DNA of 64,000 nt from Lingula anatina (lineage: Eukaryota > Animalia > Brachiopoda): NCBI GenBank assembly GCA_051362555.1, contig CM120640.1, forward strand, positions 15,996,001 to 16,060,000. Reading direction: 5' to 3'. Below, piece after piece: positions 38,201 to 51,202 of the stretch. Numbering within the stretch: the first letter of the stretch is position 1; every line of letters starts with the position of its first letter. The position numbers and the translations under genes are program-made. The notes beneath the pieces are model-generated. The model was given only the letters and a program-made list of their open reading frames with translations. It did not search any database and had not been told where the DNA came from.

Positions 38201-39302
38201 CATAAGATAAGATAAAAAGTTTGCAAAATTATGAAACTGTGACAAAATATGTGAAACAGAATCTTATTGCATGTCTGAGTTAATGGCATTTGTCCTTTTT
38301 CGTTCCGCTATCTTTAATGTCTCAAAGGTCAAGTCTATATTTGTCCACATATTTCAAATTGATAACACAAACATTGCAGATTTCCCCCCCCCCCCCTCCC
38401 CCCTCTGAAAAAGGCCAGAAATAAACGGTTTATCTGTAGGTGACAATGCAACAATTTAAAACATCAGTCTACAATAATTTTTGTGACTGCCGTTTTACCT
38501 TGCTTTGTCTACATACTTATTCCTATTCTCATACTGTCAGGTATATAGTATCTTGTACCTGTTAACTGCATCATTCACACACCATCCAGTGACAGCAGCT
38601 GGTCACATCAAGCTGTGCCTTTTCACCAGGTCACCATATGGCACTGCAATAGTTCTGCCTCAGGGCCATGTGCTATCATTTATAGGCCCTGCTTGGGAAT
38701 TTTAAATAAATATCCATTGTCTTGGCAGATTAAGGAGTATATTGTTTTGAGAAATGTGCATATTGCCAAATTTCCTCTTTGGAAACAAACTGCGTTACTT
38801 CAAAGAGTTTTGAACTTAAGCCAGAGCATATGCTCAAAAGTGATGGTGTGTGGGAAAATTGTAAATTATCCTAAAAGACAGTTAGAGATGACATTTGCTC
38901 AAAGAATGAAAGTTTTAACATCAATGTATTATCAAAATGATGCCATTGATGTGAAGCTTTTTTTTTTTTTTTTTTAAGTCAAACAAAGAGTGAGAATTCT
39001 TATTGTCTGTGGCATATTGTGTAAAAGCCTTATAATTATAAATATTTTGTATTTTTTAAGTTAATTTTTTTGTGATTTCTGCTGTGTTTGAAATTCCAGA
39101 TACAGCAGGAACGCCCTCTATGTATGTGTACCCCAGGCTGTGTCTGATACAATGGCAGGACCATCATCATGCAGCCTTCTACCCTCCCCCTTCAGATGCC
39201 GCTCGAGGTCCAACCAAGTTCACTAAAACCAATATTGTACAATTTGTGCGTCAAGTCTTACGTGATATGAGTTCACAAATGGTAGAAACAGAACATTTCT
39301 GA
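23988..39302 (+). CDS. Uncharacterised signal-peptide protein with multiple thioredoxin/PDI-like folds, about 917-925 aa, 22 exons
   Basis: In-phase GT-AG exons 23988-24078, 24461-24553, 24839-24948, 25238-25366, 25661-25795, 26283-26344, 26548-26612, 26779-26888, 27053-27239, 27441-27527, 28101-28255, 28687-28821 (or 28845), 29224-29382, 29746-29830, 30141-30328, 30527-30613, 34846-35061, 35335-35453, 35784-35918, 36265-36346, 36729-36849 and 39100-39302. Trx/PDI-like motifs LVVVGF, LVLFYAPWSNTS, VIFIIADCKSC, ANCTSDPSICEQHEITGFPTLVAF and YPRLCLI. A few exon boundaries are uncertain. Confidence 0.8.
24183..24254. mobile_element. 72-bp almost perfectly palindromic insertion with a 9-bp direct-repeat flank
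   Basis: AGTGGGAAG at 24174-24182 and 24255-24263. Arms of 34 bp with two mismatches around a 4-nt loop (CCCT). Confidence 0.7.
25804..25971. mobile_element. Short degenerate CAGG-terminated MITE
   Basis: caggcccataaccag ... ctggctacaggcctg imperfect TIRs with G/C-run subterminal segments. Flanks caccc/tatcc may be a decayed 5-bp TSD. Confidence 0.55.
28358..28458. repeat. (TAA)n microsatellite
   Basis: About 30 nearly perfect AAT units. Confidence 0.95.
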
Positions 39303-41708
39303 GATGGCAGAATAAGATAAGATGGCTGGACCATCATCATTAAGCTGCTCTTTTCTGTAACTTGTTATGTATATCAGACAAGAGGAGAATATTTTTCCTT
39401 TTTTATATCTTGTTATGATTTAAATCACATCTGTTAGATAAAAAACAAAACCCAAATTGCACTTATATGTGCTGTTTACTATACATTCCAGATCCCTTAA
39501 TGTGATTACATCTATCATTTTATAGGATTATTTGCCATTTATTACTGTCCAGAGATAACTCATGCAACAGGTGATTATTTTGTATTTTTCATTCTTTATA
39601 TTTATTATCTGCAATTTATCCTAGCAACAATTTGAAGGAAAAAGATTGATACTTTTATGAATTGTATTTTTATATATTTGAATATTAAGACTAAAACTGA
39701 AGTTTACAGATAATTGTAATGTTTTGTGTTTGATTTGTATTGACACTCTTGATTCTACTCATCACAATGCCTTTCCATTAATTTAATATATATATATATA
39801 TTATAATATATGACCCCATTTTTTCTGAGAGAAGTTGTAACCTGTCAACAACATATCTGCACCGTTTTTCCCATCATTTTGACATGTATGTGACATATTG
39901 TAACATGAACGAGAGGGGAGTATTTGGATCTGATCCAGTAATGTCAGTTTTCAGCCATTCTGATGGGTTTGTTTACAACAAAACTGAGGTCAGATAGTCA
40001 AAGGAGGACGATTACAATGATCATTTATGTTTAATACTCTGGCACTACTAAATCACATAACACGACATGGTGAAAAATATTACGTTGAGGCGAACGTGTA
40101 CTTCTCCGGTTACATGAGCCCGATTGTTGCAAAAAAAAAAAAACTTTTAAAAAGTACAGACAAAATGAAATAATGCGGTTGTAGTATTTTCTCAAATGTT
40201 TGAATCTAAAATGATTTTCTTAAATAATGAAAATCTTCCGAAGCCTCTTCAAATTTATTGCAGACTATTAAGCGAACGAAAGCAAAATAGCGTAATGGGA
40301 CAGCAAACCTCAAAAGTTGAATTTTTTTTATTGTACCCCGAACTTTGCATGTCCTGTCAACGTACGTCTCCCTAAGAGTGGTAACATCAAATGAACAGGT
40401 GTATTTTGCCCTCAGTTTCTTCAGCTTTATGTGACGAGGAATTTGTCATCGAAGAACTAAGGTCACTGGAATTCCTTCACAATAGCAAAATAATCGTTAA
40501 TCATAACACAGCTGCAATATTATTCGTTACTTTGTATACCAGTTTCCACTTTCGGTTCCAATGTATGTAACGAAAGAATGTCAGTTTGTTGTTTCTAGAA
40601 AGTCATTTTTTTTCACACTTTTTCGAAGAATGAGGTAGATACTGGTACAGAAAAGTTACGTGACAAGACGACAAAATGTCAGGATATATGATCTACAGAT
40701 GCACTCAAATACCAAACACGAGGTGTTATTTTAATGTTTCCATATTTCTTTGTTATCTTTTTTCTCGTACGAACGCAGCTGTGCTTGGTGCGGCAAACAA
40801 TTCCTCGGCGGGTCACTTGGGAATCGCCACGACACACAAACAAACGGTTACCATTTTTACGCATAACAGAGAATTCTCTCACTAATGCAACGCCATGTAC
40901 ATGTATAGTACCCTTTGAGGCCTACGTTTTTATTTATTATTTTTTTAAAGATCTGTAATGCAGAATTTAAGATAAATATACTGCTGAAGAGTTTAGTTGT
41001 GCCAAGAACGCAAAAAAAAGTTGTATTCACACATATATATTTGTTTAAGAAATTTATTGGGAAATTTCTTATTAAAAACTGCGTAGATTCTGCCCTACAC
41101 GAAGATATTGCTAAGGCCGTTGGTTGGCCTCACTTATGTCACATTACATAGGAAACCGTGTCTCCATATAAGATATCTAAAGCATCTTTAGCACCTTTCT
41201 TAACATTTTATAATACAGGTTATATTCTTAACTTGAAGATTTTACAAACTGCCTCTTGGTCTACCACTCCTTCCTTTTATCTCTCTCTCTCTCTCTCTCA
41301 GATGCGTCTTTGCTGTGTATCCGATTTAACGCCGGCAGACATGCATCATGCGCACGAGTAACAGACTCGATTGTTTTCATACACGAAAAGCAGCAGAATA
41401 ATACCTCTTTGAGAACCCATTGATAAACCCCTCGTTGGAATTGCTCCAACGGGGAAGAGAAATGCGTTGTTTAAGGATACGGCTAAATGTTCATGTTACA
41501 TGAGTTTTTTAATTTAACACCGAAAAACACACGATCCCATATATTTAGGTGCAATCCTTATCTTTGTAAATCATTTATTAGCTACACAAGATAATAGATA
41601 TAGCGCGTACACATATATGTATCACTTTTCTTTACTTACGGGTCACGTTATATAAAACTAGGACAGTTGGGATGAGACGGGTCGCAAGAAGTCTCCCCAA
41701 TTTGTATA

Positions 41709-41739
<31 letters not shown>

Positions 41740-41895
41740 GTGATAATTCCCCTCAAATATCCATATACAAAATTTTACTTTCCAAAGGGCGATTTTTATT
41801 GAATGAACATGGTTTTGCCTAAGAAGGAGTGGAAGAGGCAAAGAAAATAATGTTTGGGATTTTGCAAGCATTTTTTTATTATTATTATTTATATG

Positions 41896-42004
41896 GCTTA
41901 GCCGGCACAAGAGGGGGCGTCTAGGTCGTTCCTCTTGGGCTGGCTAAGCATTTTTTATCTATAGGGCTTAGCTGGCCCAAGAGGAACGACCTAGACGCCC
42001 CCTC
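41896..42004. repeat. GC-rich inverted repeat (39-bp arms, 16-nt spacer) with a third partial arm
   Basis: 41911-41949 pairs with 41966-42004 (two mismatches); 41896-41914 can alternatively pair with 41931-41949. Confidence 0.8.
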
Positions 42005-45000
42005 CCCCCATAGACGGGTTTTCTACCTGTATACGGGTCTGTTGACGTTTACAAAAGACCACTGCATAAAGAATTTGAAAACTATATGTAATGTGATCAG
42101 TATAGATTTTATTTTAGTGCAAATATAAACGAAACAGGGTGCTAGACGACTGGGGAATCTGCCGGACCTTGCTTCTTGTTCATTCGGAATATAGTTAATT
42201 GATATTATTATTAATATTGTTATTTTTATTGTCGTTATTGAACTTTGCATTTCCCTCAATAAACAGTCACCATGACAGAAGTAAAAGGGCAAACAAGTCC
42301 TTCGAGTAATTCTCCTAGAAGAAGAAGAAAAAAGCTGTTCTCTGAGCTATGTAAATCAGTGTATGTTTGCTGTCTATATGTGATGCCCGAGGTGGCCGTC
42401 AAAGGACAGCAGCTGTGTCCGTCACATGCTTACCTTTCAAAATTGTACATCAATAATGCCAATTTGGACACAGCTGGCCAAAAATGCCGAGGACCAGTCT
42501 GGAAAAAATATGTCTATGGATATGGGATCTTGGAGACCTTTTTCTCCCGTTCACTATACACGTGTCCAGAATAATGTCCATCTATGCACTGCAATATTCT
42601 GAGCTTTTATTTCACGATCTTTTTCTGAGTAATGAACAAAACTTTTCAAAATAGATGCGAGTATGAGCTATTTATCCATTCATGCTTGTATGATGAAAAC
42701 GTTACCATCATTATTATTATCACTATCGTTATTATTCAATATTTATTGAAACAAAACAATACGCACATAAAAGATGTCTAATACGTCGTATCATTGCTTC
42801 ATCCCTGGCCAGTTCATTATTGCGTCCTGTTTAGGCAAAAACACTATAAAGAAGATTAGAGATATTTTCTGAAGGCTGAAGGAAATATAAGTGTTTTTAA
42901 ACCTTGTTCAGCTGTAGTCTTTTTAATTAGCCGTCAAATCAGTATATTCTAGTCCTATCAATAGTCTGAATGGATACTTATGAATACTTTCAAAATTATT
43001 TATGTTGTTGTGTGTTTTTTTTTTTCTTTTGGGGTTACTTAAGTTATCTAAAGTAGTAAATAGTATCTAAATTTTTCATTTTCTGAAGTCGTGGTCATTT
43101 CAGATCATATCGTTTTGACTCATCTTGTTTATGCTCATCCCTAACACCGACGATGAATTGTTACTTCAAAAAATAGAGCCAGAAAGATTTGTCAAGAAAA
43201 TTCATTTATTTTGAGTTACAAAACAATACCGTTCTTTGAGGCACTTGAGGTTTATTCCTTTGGATCACTATTATAGACTCAAAATATATATTGCCTATCT
43301 ATTGGTGAAGAATGTTTAAAAAGGTGTATAGGAATTGGGGGAGTTGGTAAATAAAATGTGAGTTGAGTAGCTTTATGCAAGATTTATGAGTAGTTTATGA
43401 GCCCTTTACAAGTTTTATTAACTTTATCTATCAAACATATCAAACTCCTCCGACGCAGAGGTGTAAGGCAATAGATGCGATTTTCATTTAGCTTTTTTTT
43501 TCTCTTTCAAAATAAGTTCGTGATTCTTGGTCACTTCCACCTTCCAGTTAGGAAATGGCATAACAAAAAACACCAAAACAAGGGAAATGGCCAAGCAGTC
43601 GCGCAAATACGACCACTTTAATGATGATTAGTCCCCAAGGCTTTCCTGAGGGGGACCTTTCATCTTCAAAAGAAGCAAACTTTCGTAGGATGTCTTGTTG
43701 TTGTTACTTGAACATCAGCGGTCAGTTAACAACGGTCACTTTGATTTATTCCGCAAAATGTGATGCGCTCACGCGAGTTGTGCCGCCCAAATAAGGTCAG
43801 GTGCTAATGGTAATGAATGAGCCTACAGAGGCGCTCATTGTGTTTTAGCAGGAACTCACTCTTGTTAATCAGCGACCATTTTTCCTTAAAAGTCGTTTAC
43901 TGTCATCCAGACTTGTACCAGCGAGAGCTGTGCCCGACTGGACTTATGGCTTCCCGGGACACGTTACATAAAAGCACCGCGCGCCCCACCCCTCCCTGTG
44001 ATCGAGTGACGGACGTTTCATTCAGTTTTCCCATGCTAATAAATATTGTGAACATCCACGCTGGTTGTAAATCATCTGGCTAAATGGACCCTCGTTTAGG
44101 TTACATTTGTTGTAGCACTATGAGTTATTATTTCCACTCTTAATGTTTATTAAATGTGGCGTTATGATTTTGATGTCACCGAACGGGATTGGCGTGAGGG
44201 GTGTAACTGGTTAGAAACACGCAACTTATCTGAAGCGCGTTAACCACACTTCTCACATTAAGACCAGAACATATCTTATATTTGTTATTCTAACAAAACC
44301 CTTTGTATGTGTCACATACTCCATTTTCTACAGGCGATCTTCTCTTTTTTCGTCCTGCACAGTACTTTTATTACTGAGTACTTTTAATGGTAAGACTAAT
44401 ACAGAGCACTTTCTTTTATTAGTAGTGCATTTATCCGAGAGCGTAGATCACCAGCAAGGCAACATGTAAATAATAATAAAATAAAGAAATGTTTGAAAAA
44501 TTATTAAGTGTAATCACTTTCCCTCGAAAATTCCAGAATCTGTAAAAAAATAGAATTTCTTGTCAACAAACGAGCATAACCTGACGGAGATAAAAAAAAG
44601 TCATGCATTGGCTTCGCATCTTGTCCTTTAGTTATAGAATAGCACTGACATTTGCATGACCTAGCAAAACATTTCTTTTTCTGATTGGTCTTAAATGATC
44701 TCATATTACAAAATCCGTGTACGTACGGTGGTGACATTTAAAAATGAACTTTACCGAATGCTACTACGATTAGACGATGATTGAATAACATGAACGACAG
44801 TTGTGAAATGAAATGAGTTTCCAATTTTTATCCATACCCATGTTTCATCGAAAAGTATCTTTGAAAATAACTTTCTAAATGAAATTTGAGGTACCATGAG
44901 TTAGTTAATTTGATTTTTTATAATTATTATCATTTATTGGCTTATTTTATTTTTCAACAAATTTGAAGCCCTTAAGTATAAATCAGAAAAAAATGCACTT

Positions 45001-45462
45001 ATTATGCGTGACTGTGGACAAAATAGAGAATAATTCCTGAACAGAAATTAGTATCGCTAGTACTAGAAAGACTGTTCAAAATTACTATACGCTGAATTTT
45101 TGCAGAACTTCAAGTTGACTTGAAGCAACGACGTCGCGTGTGTAGAAAGACCATCTACTATAGAACTCTGTTGTGCACGTGTTACAGGTGATAGATTACA
45201 ATTTCCTATACTCGTATATCTTCTTACTTGTAGGTGAAAAACACTCTGTGTCTGTCCAGCTTGAGATATTACACACTGCCGCTAAACTAGTTAGACTTGA
45301 TACGGCACTTTTATTAAGAAGGAAATGAATTTGCTGAAAAAGGCCTACACAAAAAGTGTTCTGTAACGGAAAAAGGTAACTAGATTCTAATATTGATGAT
45401 AACAGTAGTAATTGGATTGTAGAAATGAACATCCTAATTGTAACATACAACCCATATTGCAA

Positions 45463-45494
<32 letters not shown>

Positions 45495-48400
45495 CCACCA
45501 CCACCAACCAGCCCACCCTGCAAAGCGAGATAGAAATAAAAACAAAAACTACAAAAACCAAATGTAGAACTTTGTTGACTTGACAATAATGATAAACCTG
45601 TGTCTGTACAGAAAATAGCGGTTGGCCAACTCTCATTTATGCATCGTTGAATCATCTACAAGGAGCGACACTTGTTTTACTTTACAACTCTGATCCCGGA
45701 GGCTCTAACGTTTATCTGACGCCTAACTGAAGGCTAGCACTCTCATTACGGTTAAAAATTCCTCAGCTTTTGCGGTGAGCGTGGTGAGAGGGTAGCCGCC
45801 GAGGTACCTGCGCTCATGCAGGTATCAAACGAGTATTGTCATTTATAGTGTAAAATATATTCTGGAGAGCGACAGGTATGGTCATCATTTGGCCCTATGC
45901 AATGAAAAGAAAGGTTCAGTGCCCAGAGGGCAGAAAACTTGCCGTCGTGTTAACCTGCAATTGCGCTGCGCTGAGCTTGACTGGTATGCGTAAGTTTAGA
46001 GCGGCGACATGAAAACAGAACTCAACCGCCTTCGCTTCGAAATTGCGCACTTAAAGGCGGATTTTCTTAAAACTCATGTCTGCATCCTCACTAACGCAAA
46101 TGCCTTCAGAAGTCTGTTTTAAAGAAACAGTCATGTTGTGGTGATGTATTAAAAACAATGTTAATTAGATGGCATCGAGAAAGAAGAATCTAGAAATAGA
46201 AAAAAAAAAACGAAACAAATATAGTATTGCAAGGACAAACGTGTCCTTCCCCATCCCTTGGTTCGACAGCTAAAAACTATTTTCAGTGACATTTATACGG
46301 TAATCAAAATAGCATACCTCCCACGCTTAGAAAGAGATATCACAAAAGTTCTAGAGATGACTAATATTTTTTTAATTTGGTGACACCTTGAAACTCGATA
46401 CTGCTTCAGCTTACGTGGGTAGTGTGGTGCCGCACACCTTAGGTCGCCTAACGGGTTGTGCAGAGAATATATCCATGTTGACACAAAAATACAATGGATG
46501 CAAATACCTTCGAGAGGTGCGTCAATTTCATCTTGTTGTTATTATTATTTTTCCTTTTTCTGTTTATCGTTGCTCCTTTTTGACATGAATTTTTTCTTAT
46601 TATTTTTTGTTTTTGGATATTCCTTATCGAGATAAGTGTGTTCGTAGGATGTAACAGACACACCTTTGGACATAAAATTTAATTAATTTAATCTTCAGGT
46701 GTGGGTAACTAGAAAAATCACTCAAGTATCATTTTAATAAGTTCATAAAAATGACCCCACGCCCGTTGTCACGCGCGGTGTTCAAACAAAAATGTGCCTG
46801 TTCTTCTTTTTTTCTAGAAAAAAAACCCTTATCACTATTCTTTTATTGGGAGTTGTTTCGCTCAAACAAGAAGATTTCAGTTGGAAAAATATTGCAATTT
46901 CATTTGAATATCTCATTTATTTATTTTTTTATGTTACCCAGAGTTAATGCACAGCTCTCTGTTGCTATTAACAACATTGGGAGAATAAACAAGCATTCAC
47001 TGAAGTTGCTACAACAAGCAAACAGGCACATACCATGTTTTGACTCATAAAATGTGTCAAATAGGTCTAAAGCTCCTAGTAAGTAAATAAATTCCGTATC
47101 CATAATATAAAAAAGCCAGGGTATATTTATGGTTTGACTCCGGGTCAAAGTCATGGAGATATGGCCTGATTAACATTTGTTTACGATACTATTTCGTGAT
47201 CATCTGAAAAGTTATAGTTGCGGCTTTATAACATATTATCGGATTGTATACTCCACAGTTCGAAAATATCAATACTAGATATTTTCTCATGGGATTTGAA
47301 CATTCCCTGAGTAATAACAACACAACAATTGAACGTAATGATCGCAGAAAGATTTAATCGCTATAGATATAATGTAGTAGGTGGTAAATAAAGGTAAGAT
47401 AGAATTGTCGTAAAAGTGGTAAAAGTGCTGTTTCCCATTGTCCACAGACCTTTAGATTTTTTTCTAGTTATTTTTAAATCTTTTCCTTATCTAATCACGG
47501 TATTATGAAGTAAAATAAAATTGCGTCAGACGGATTTATGAAAAGAATTCTGTCAAAATGTTTGTATCGCCTACTGTAAATATGCAGACAATTAGACATT
47601 TAATTTAGAACAATCCTTTTTTTGCGGGGGGGGGGGGGGGGGGGGGGGGGGGGTCATGCTGCTTAACTGTATGTCAAAAAATTCATGCACACCCTCCAAA
47701 TACCCTTCGTAAACAGAAGCACTCCGTTTGTCCACAAAGCCTGTTAAAGAATAAAAGAATCAACTTTTTTGTTTGTTTGATTCTGCATGGTCGCACGTTA
47801 TACACGTCCGCGGGAGCTTTTGAATATATGGCCTTTAACATTATTTGTTTTTTTTTCTTTGCGTCATGTAATACACCATGTTGTGGTATCCAAGAGAAAA
47901 ATATCAACACGATTAATTCTTTGGAAACAAGTTAATCAAGCCATTCCTTTTAATACTAAGCACTGGTAATATCTGGTGTTTGTCAGTCTTAATCGTTGCT
48001 AAATCATTTGTGCATTTTCTTTTTACCAATTATATCTATTCTCATGAAGAATTTGAATTAAAAACTATTCATTTTTATAGCATTGAAGACAAAGGTATTA
48101 AAATGTGGCCGCAGTGTACTGGGTACTATTGTTCGATTGCGCAATTTCCCGGAAACCAATTGTGCGGTCAAGATATGGGAGACTTTGCCCTTATCTCAAA
48201 TAAAAAGTGCGACATTTACAAAATGTGAAGATAATCTGTTCCCCCCCCCCCCCTCCTCTGCAACACACACACAAGCGCGCTAAATAATTAACTATTTTTC
48301 TTTATCACAGTGATTAAAAGGGTGCATGATTTCTTTGTCTCCTATTTTACGACACTGGAGATATAAGAATTCATATGTGACAGCTGTCATGTATCAGCCG

Positions 48401-50593
48401 TTTTATCTCTTATACTTCGACACATTCTCTCACGCTGTCTACGTTTACATAATCCAGGTGAACTGTTCTTCAATTACAAAACACTACTTTGTGGAAACCA
48501 ATCAGATCCAGGTCAAATTTTGGGACGATTTCGACTGATTTTTCCCCACAAAAATGCGCCATTGATGAGTTGACAAATAAAACCCCTCCCCCATCTTGAT
48601 GTCGAAGGCGTACGAATGGCTCAAAAGGAATCTGGAAGGATACAAGACGTCGGTTCAAAGTTCAGAGGCAACCACCCACAACTTTCAATATTGAAAAGAA
48701 ATACAAAAGAGTTTACTTCCGAAATTAGCAGCTTCCAGAACTCGGGATAGCCATGACGTAAAAGCCACTTGATAATCTGTAACCACAAGGCCGTCTTCCG
48801 TTACCGCAACCGCGATAAGCACATACCAGTTTTTCATATGGCGTGCAGTGAAAGAGTGCAATGTTTTTCTCATCTTCTCTATTTTAGCAGCTGGTGCTTC
48901 TTTAATACACGTCTTACTTTAAATTTCATTCATAAATAACGAATTGTTAAAATATCGTGATTTTTTTTTAAATGTCAAATATAGGGAAGAGGGGAAATGG
49001 GGAGGGGGGCAACATTGACAAACTGCAGATTACCACCATCTTTGTTGACATATCCATTCTAATCTCAGTGACAATACAAGCTCTAGTCAAAACCTCCCAC
49101 TCTGATCGAACAATCCATAGTTACCAATAGTAAAATACATAAACAGATGGGTATTTCGACTGATAACCTGGTTTATGTTCTGAGGACCCTAGCATTTACC
49201 CCGTGGGAGAACCTTGATCAGGTCCCTTTGCTACACCTGTGGAAGTTGCGGCTTGTGCCTGGTTACCTGATGCCCACGTTAAACGCGTTAAAGCAAACAA
49301 ATAACTTGTTTACTGAAAGGGCATTGATGTCGAAAAGAAAGAATACCAGTTTATAGCTATATCGAAAAATAAATTCCTGTCCAAAAACTGATGCATTGAT
49401 CGGTACACAATTTTGCCAGTTGACTTTTTCCTTAAGGCTTTCCCTCACTTAATTAGTACTGAGACTCGTATATCATCTCGTCTAGTTTAAACCTTAAAGT
49501 ACTTTTCTGACTTAAGTTAAACTTATATGCGTCACTTAAAAAATTGCTGAAACGTATCAATAAGTAAATAATAGGATGAGTAAGAGCTATGGTCAGGTTT
49601 TGATTTTGGACAATTTTACATCAAATTTCCAAGAGATTAACGTGCAATGCTCACATTTAAAAGTGAGTCACTTTCAGCAATAATTCACTGTGAGAAACAC
49701 GAGAAAGTAAACTCAGTGACTAACGGCCCAACTTATTCACCGCTACGCTGTTGATCTTTATAATATGACCCCATTCTAGAGTTTGTGTCTGGGAACGTTT
49801 CTTTCTGAGCCCCAGCCGTTCCCAAGGTAACCAGACGTCACTACGGAAATATATCCAAGCAATCTCCAGGGTTTCAGACCAGCAACATATGGAACTTATC
49901 AAACGAGAAGAGTTTAAAGAAAAAATATATTATGTCTAGGCTACTTGAACTTCATGTTTCAGGAAAATGATTAGTTTTAAGTTGAATATTTCAAGCGGTT
50001 TTTCAATTTAAAACACAGAACGGTGTTCTTGAATCCCTTTTTAAAACCAGTCTCTGCAAGCCGTAAATTATCCACCCCCAACTCCCCCCCCCCCCCCCCC
50101 CCCCCACCGTTTGAAATGACAGTAACTTGGCAGCAGTTAAAACATGAAGCAGAATATTTTCTGCTTTCATCTAAAAATAAATATATAGAAAATCGTCTCA
50201 TTATCATACATGCCCCCCAAAACACACACATACACCTGTCAATATTCTCACATTTCACTTCTGTCTCCATACAATCTCTTTGTAGGTGAAATTTTTAATT
50301 ATTTTTTTTCTACTCAAAAAGAATTATACGCTGAGTCAAATATGAGCGTATAATTTTTATTTCATTTTATTTCCAAATGCCCAAATAAATCTGAATCAGC
50401 CATTGCCAATGGGGCAAAAATCCAAGTACAATAAAAAAAAATGATCTATTATTCCAATGCCAATTAGTCTGACAGCTTAAAGTGTCATTCCATTGTATTG
50501 TATCGTGACTTTCGCAATGTCCGGCCAGCTTGTCCGTGTGCTCGTTCAAATGCCCAGGCGACACTGATCGACAGTCGAGATTCCTGAGCCCGC

Positions 50594-51046
50594 TTATATA
50601 CCCGTCCAAAAATAGCAAACAATTTCCCACATCTAGGTCAGATATGATGCGGTATGTAAACACAGAGTTGATAGTTTGGCCAGTTTATTCAGTCTCGAGG
50701 TCACTCGACACCATTGGCCGGGGCATTTCCCGCTATTAAATTTGAAATACCAATTCTGCATTGCCACAAAAACAAGTTTTTATACATTCTAAATGTAAAT
50801 GATTGTAAATGATTCTATTTGTCATGTGTGGAAAGGTCTTTGAACTTCCCGATTTTGACATTGGACAACCGGATGAGTAATTTTTACCTTTCGTAACTAT
50901 TTATAATTATTTAGATACGAGCCAGGTAACGAGCTACAGCGCGTTCCGCTCTTGTACGTCATTTCTGGCTAATGCCACTCCATCAGCTAGCCTTTATATA
51001 CCCTTCTAAAAATAGAGCAGGGTCCACGTGACTATTCGACCAATCA
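50594..51046 (+). promoter_or_regulatory. KLF proximal promoter with MEF2-type sites, E-box and CCAAT box
   Basis: CTAAAAATAG at 51006-51015 and CTATTTATAA at 50897-50906 match YTA(W)4TAR. CACGTG at about 51025, CCAATCA at about 51040 and a CRE-like TACGTCA at about 50955, all within about 310 bp upstream of the ATG at 51203. Confidence 0.6.
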
Positions 51047-51202
51047 GATACGCCGCTGAGAAGACCTGAAATAAGAATGATCATAGTTGAACATCAATAG
51101 TCTATGACTCTCAGTGTGGGAAAACAAGTACATGATATGCTGTAGCTGAGACTTGTATATTTTGCAAAACACTTGGATACTAGTATCACTTCGATAGCAA
51201 CC

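Noticed and set aside
45196-50289. ORFs with poly-Gly or poly-Pro stretches
   Set aside because: They derive from poly(C)/poly(G) tracts, with no splice context or homology.
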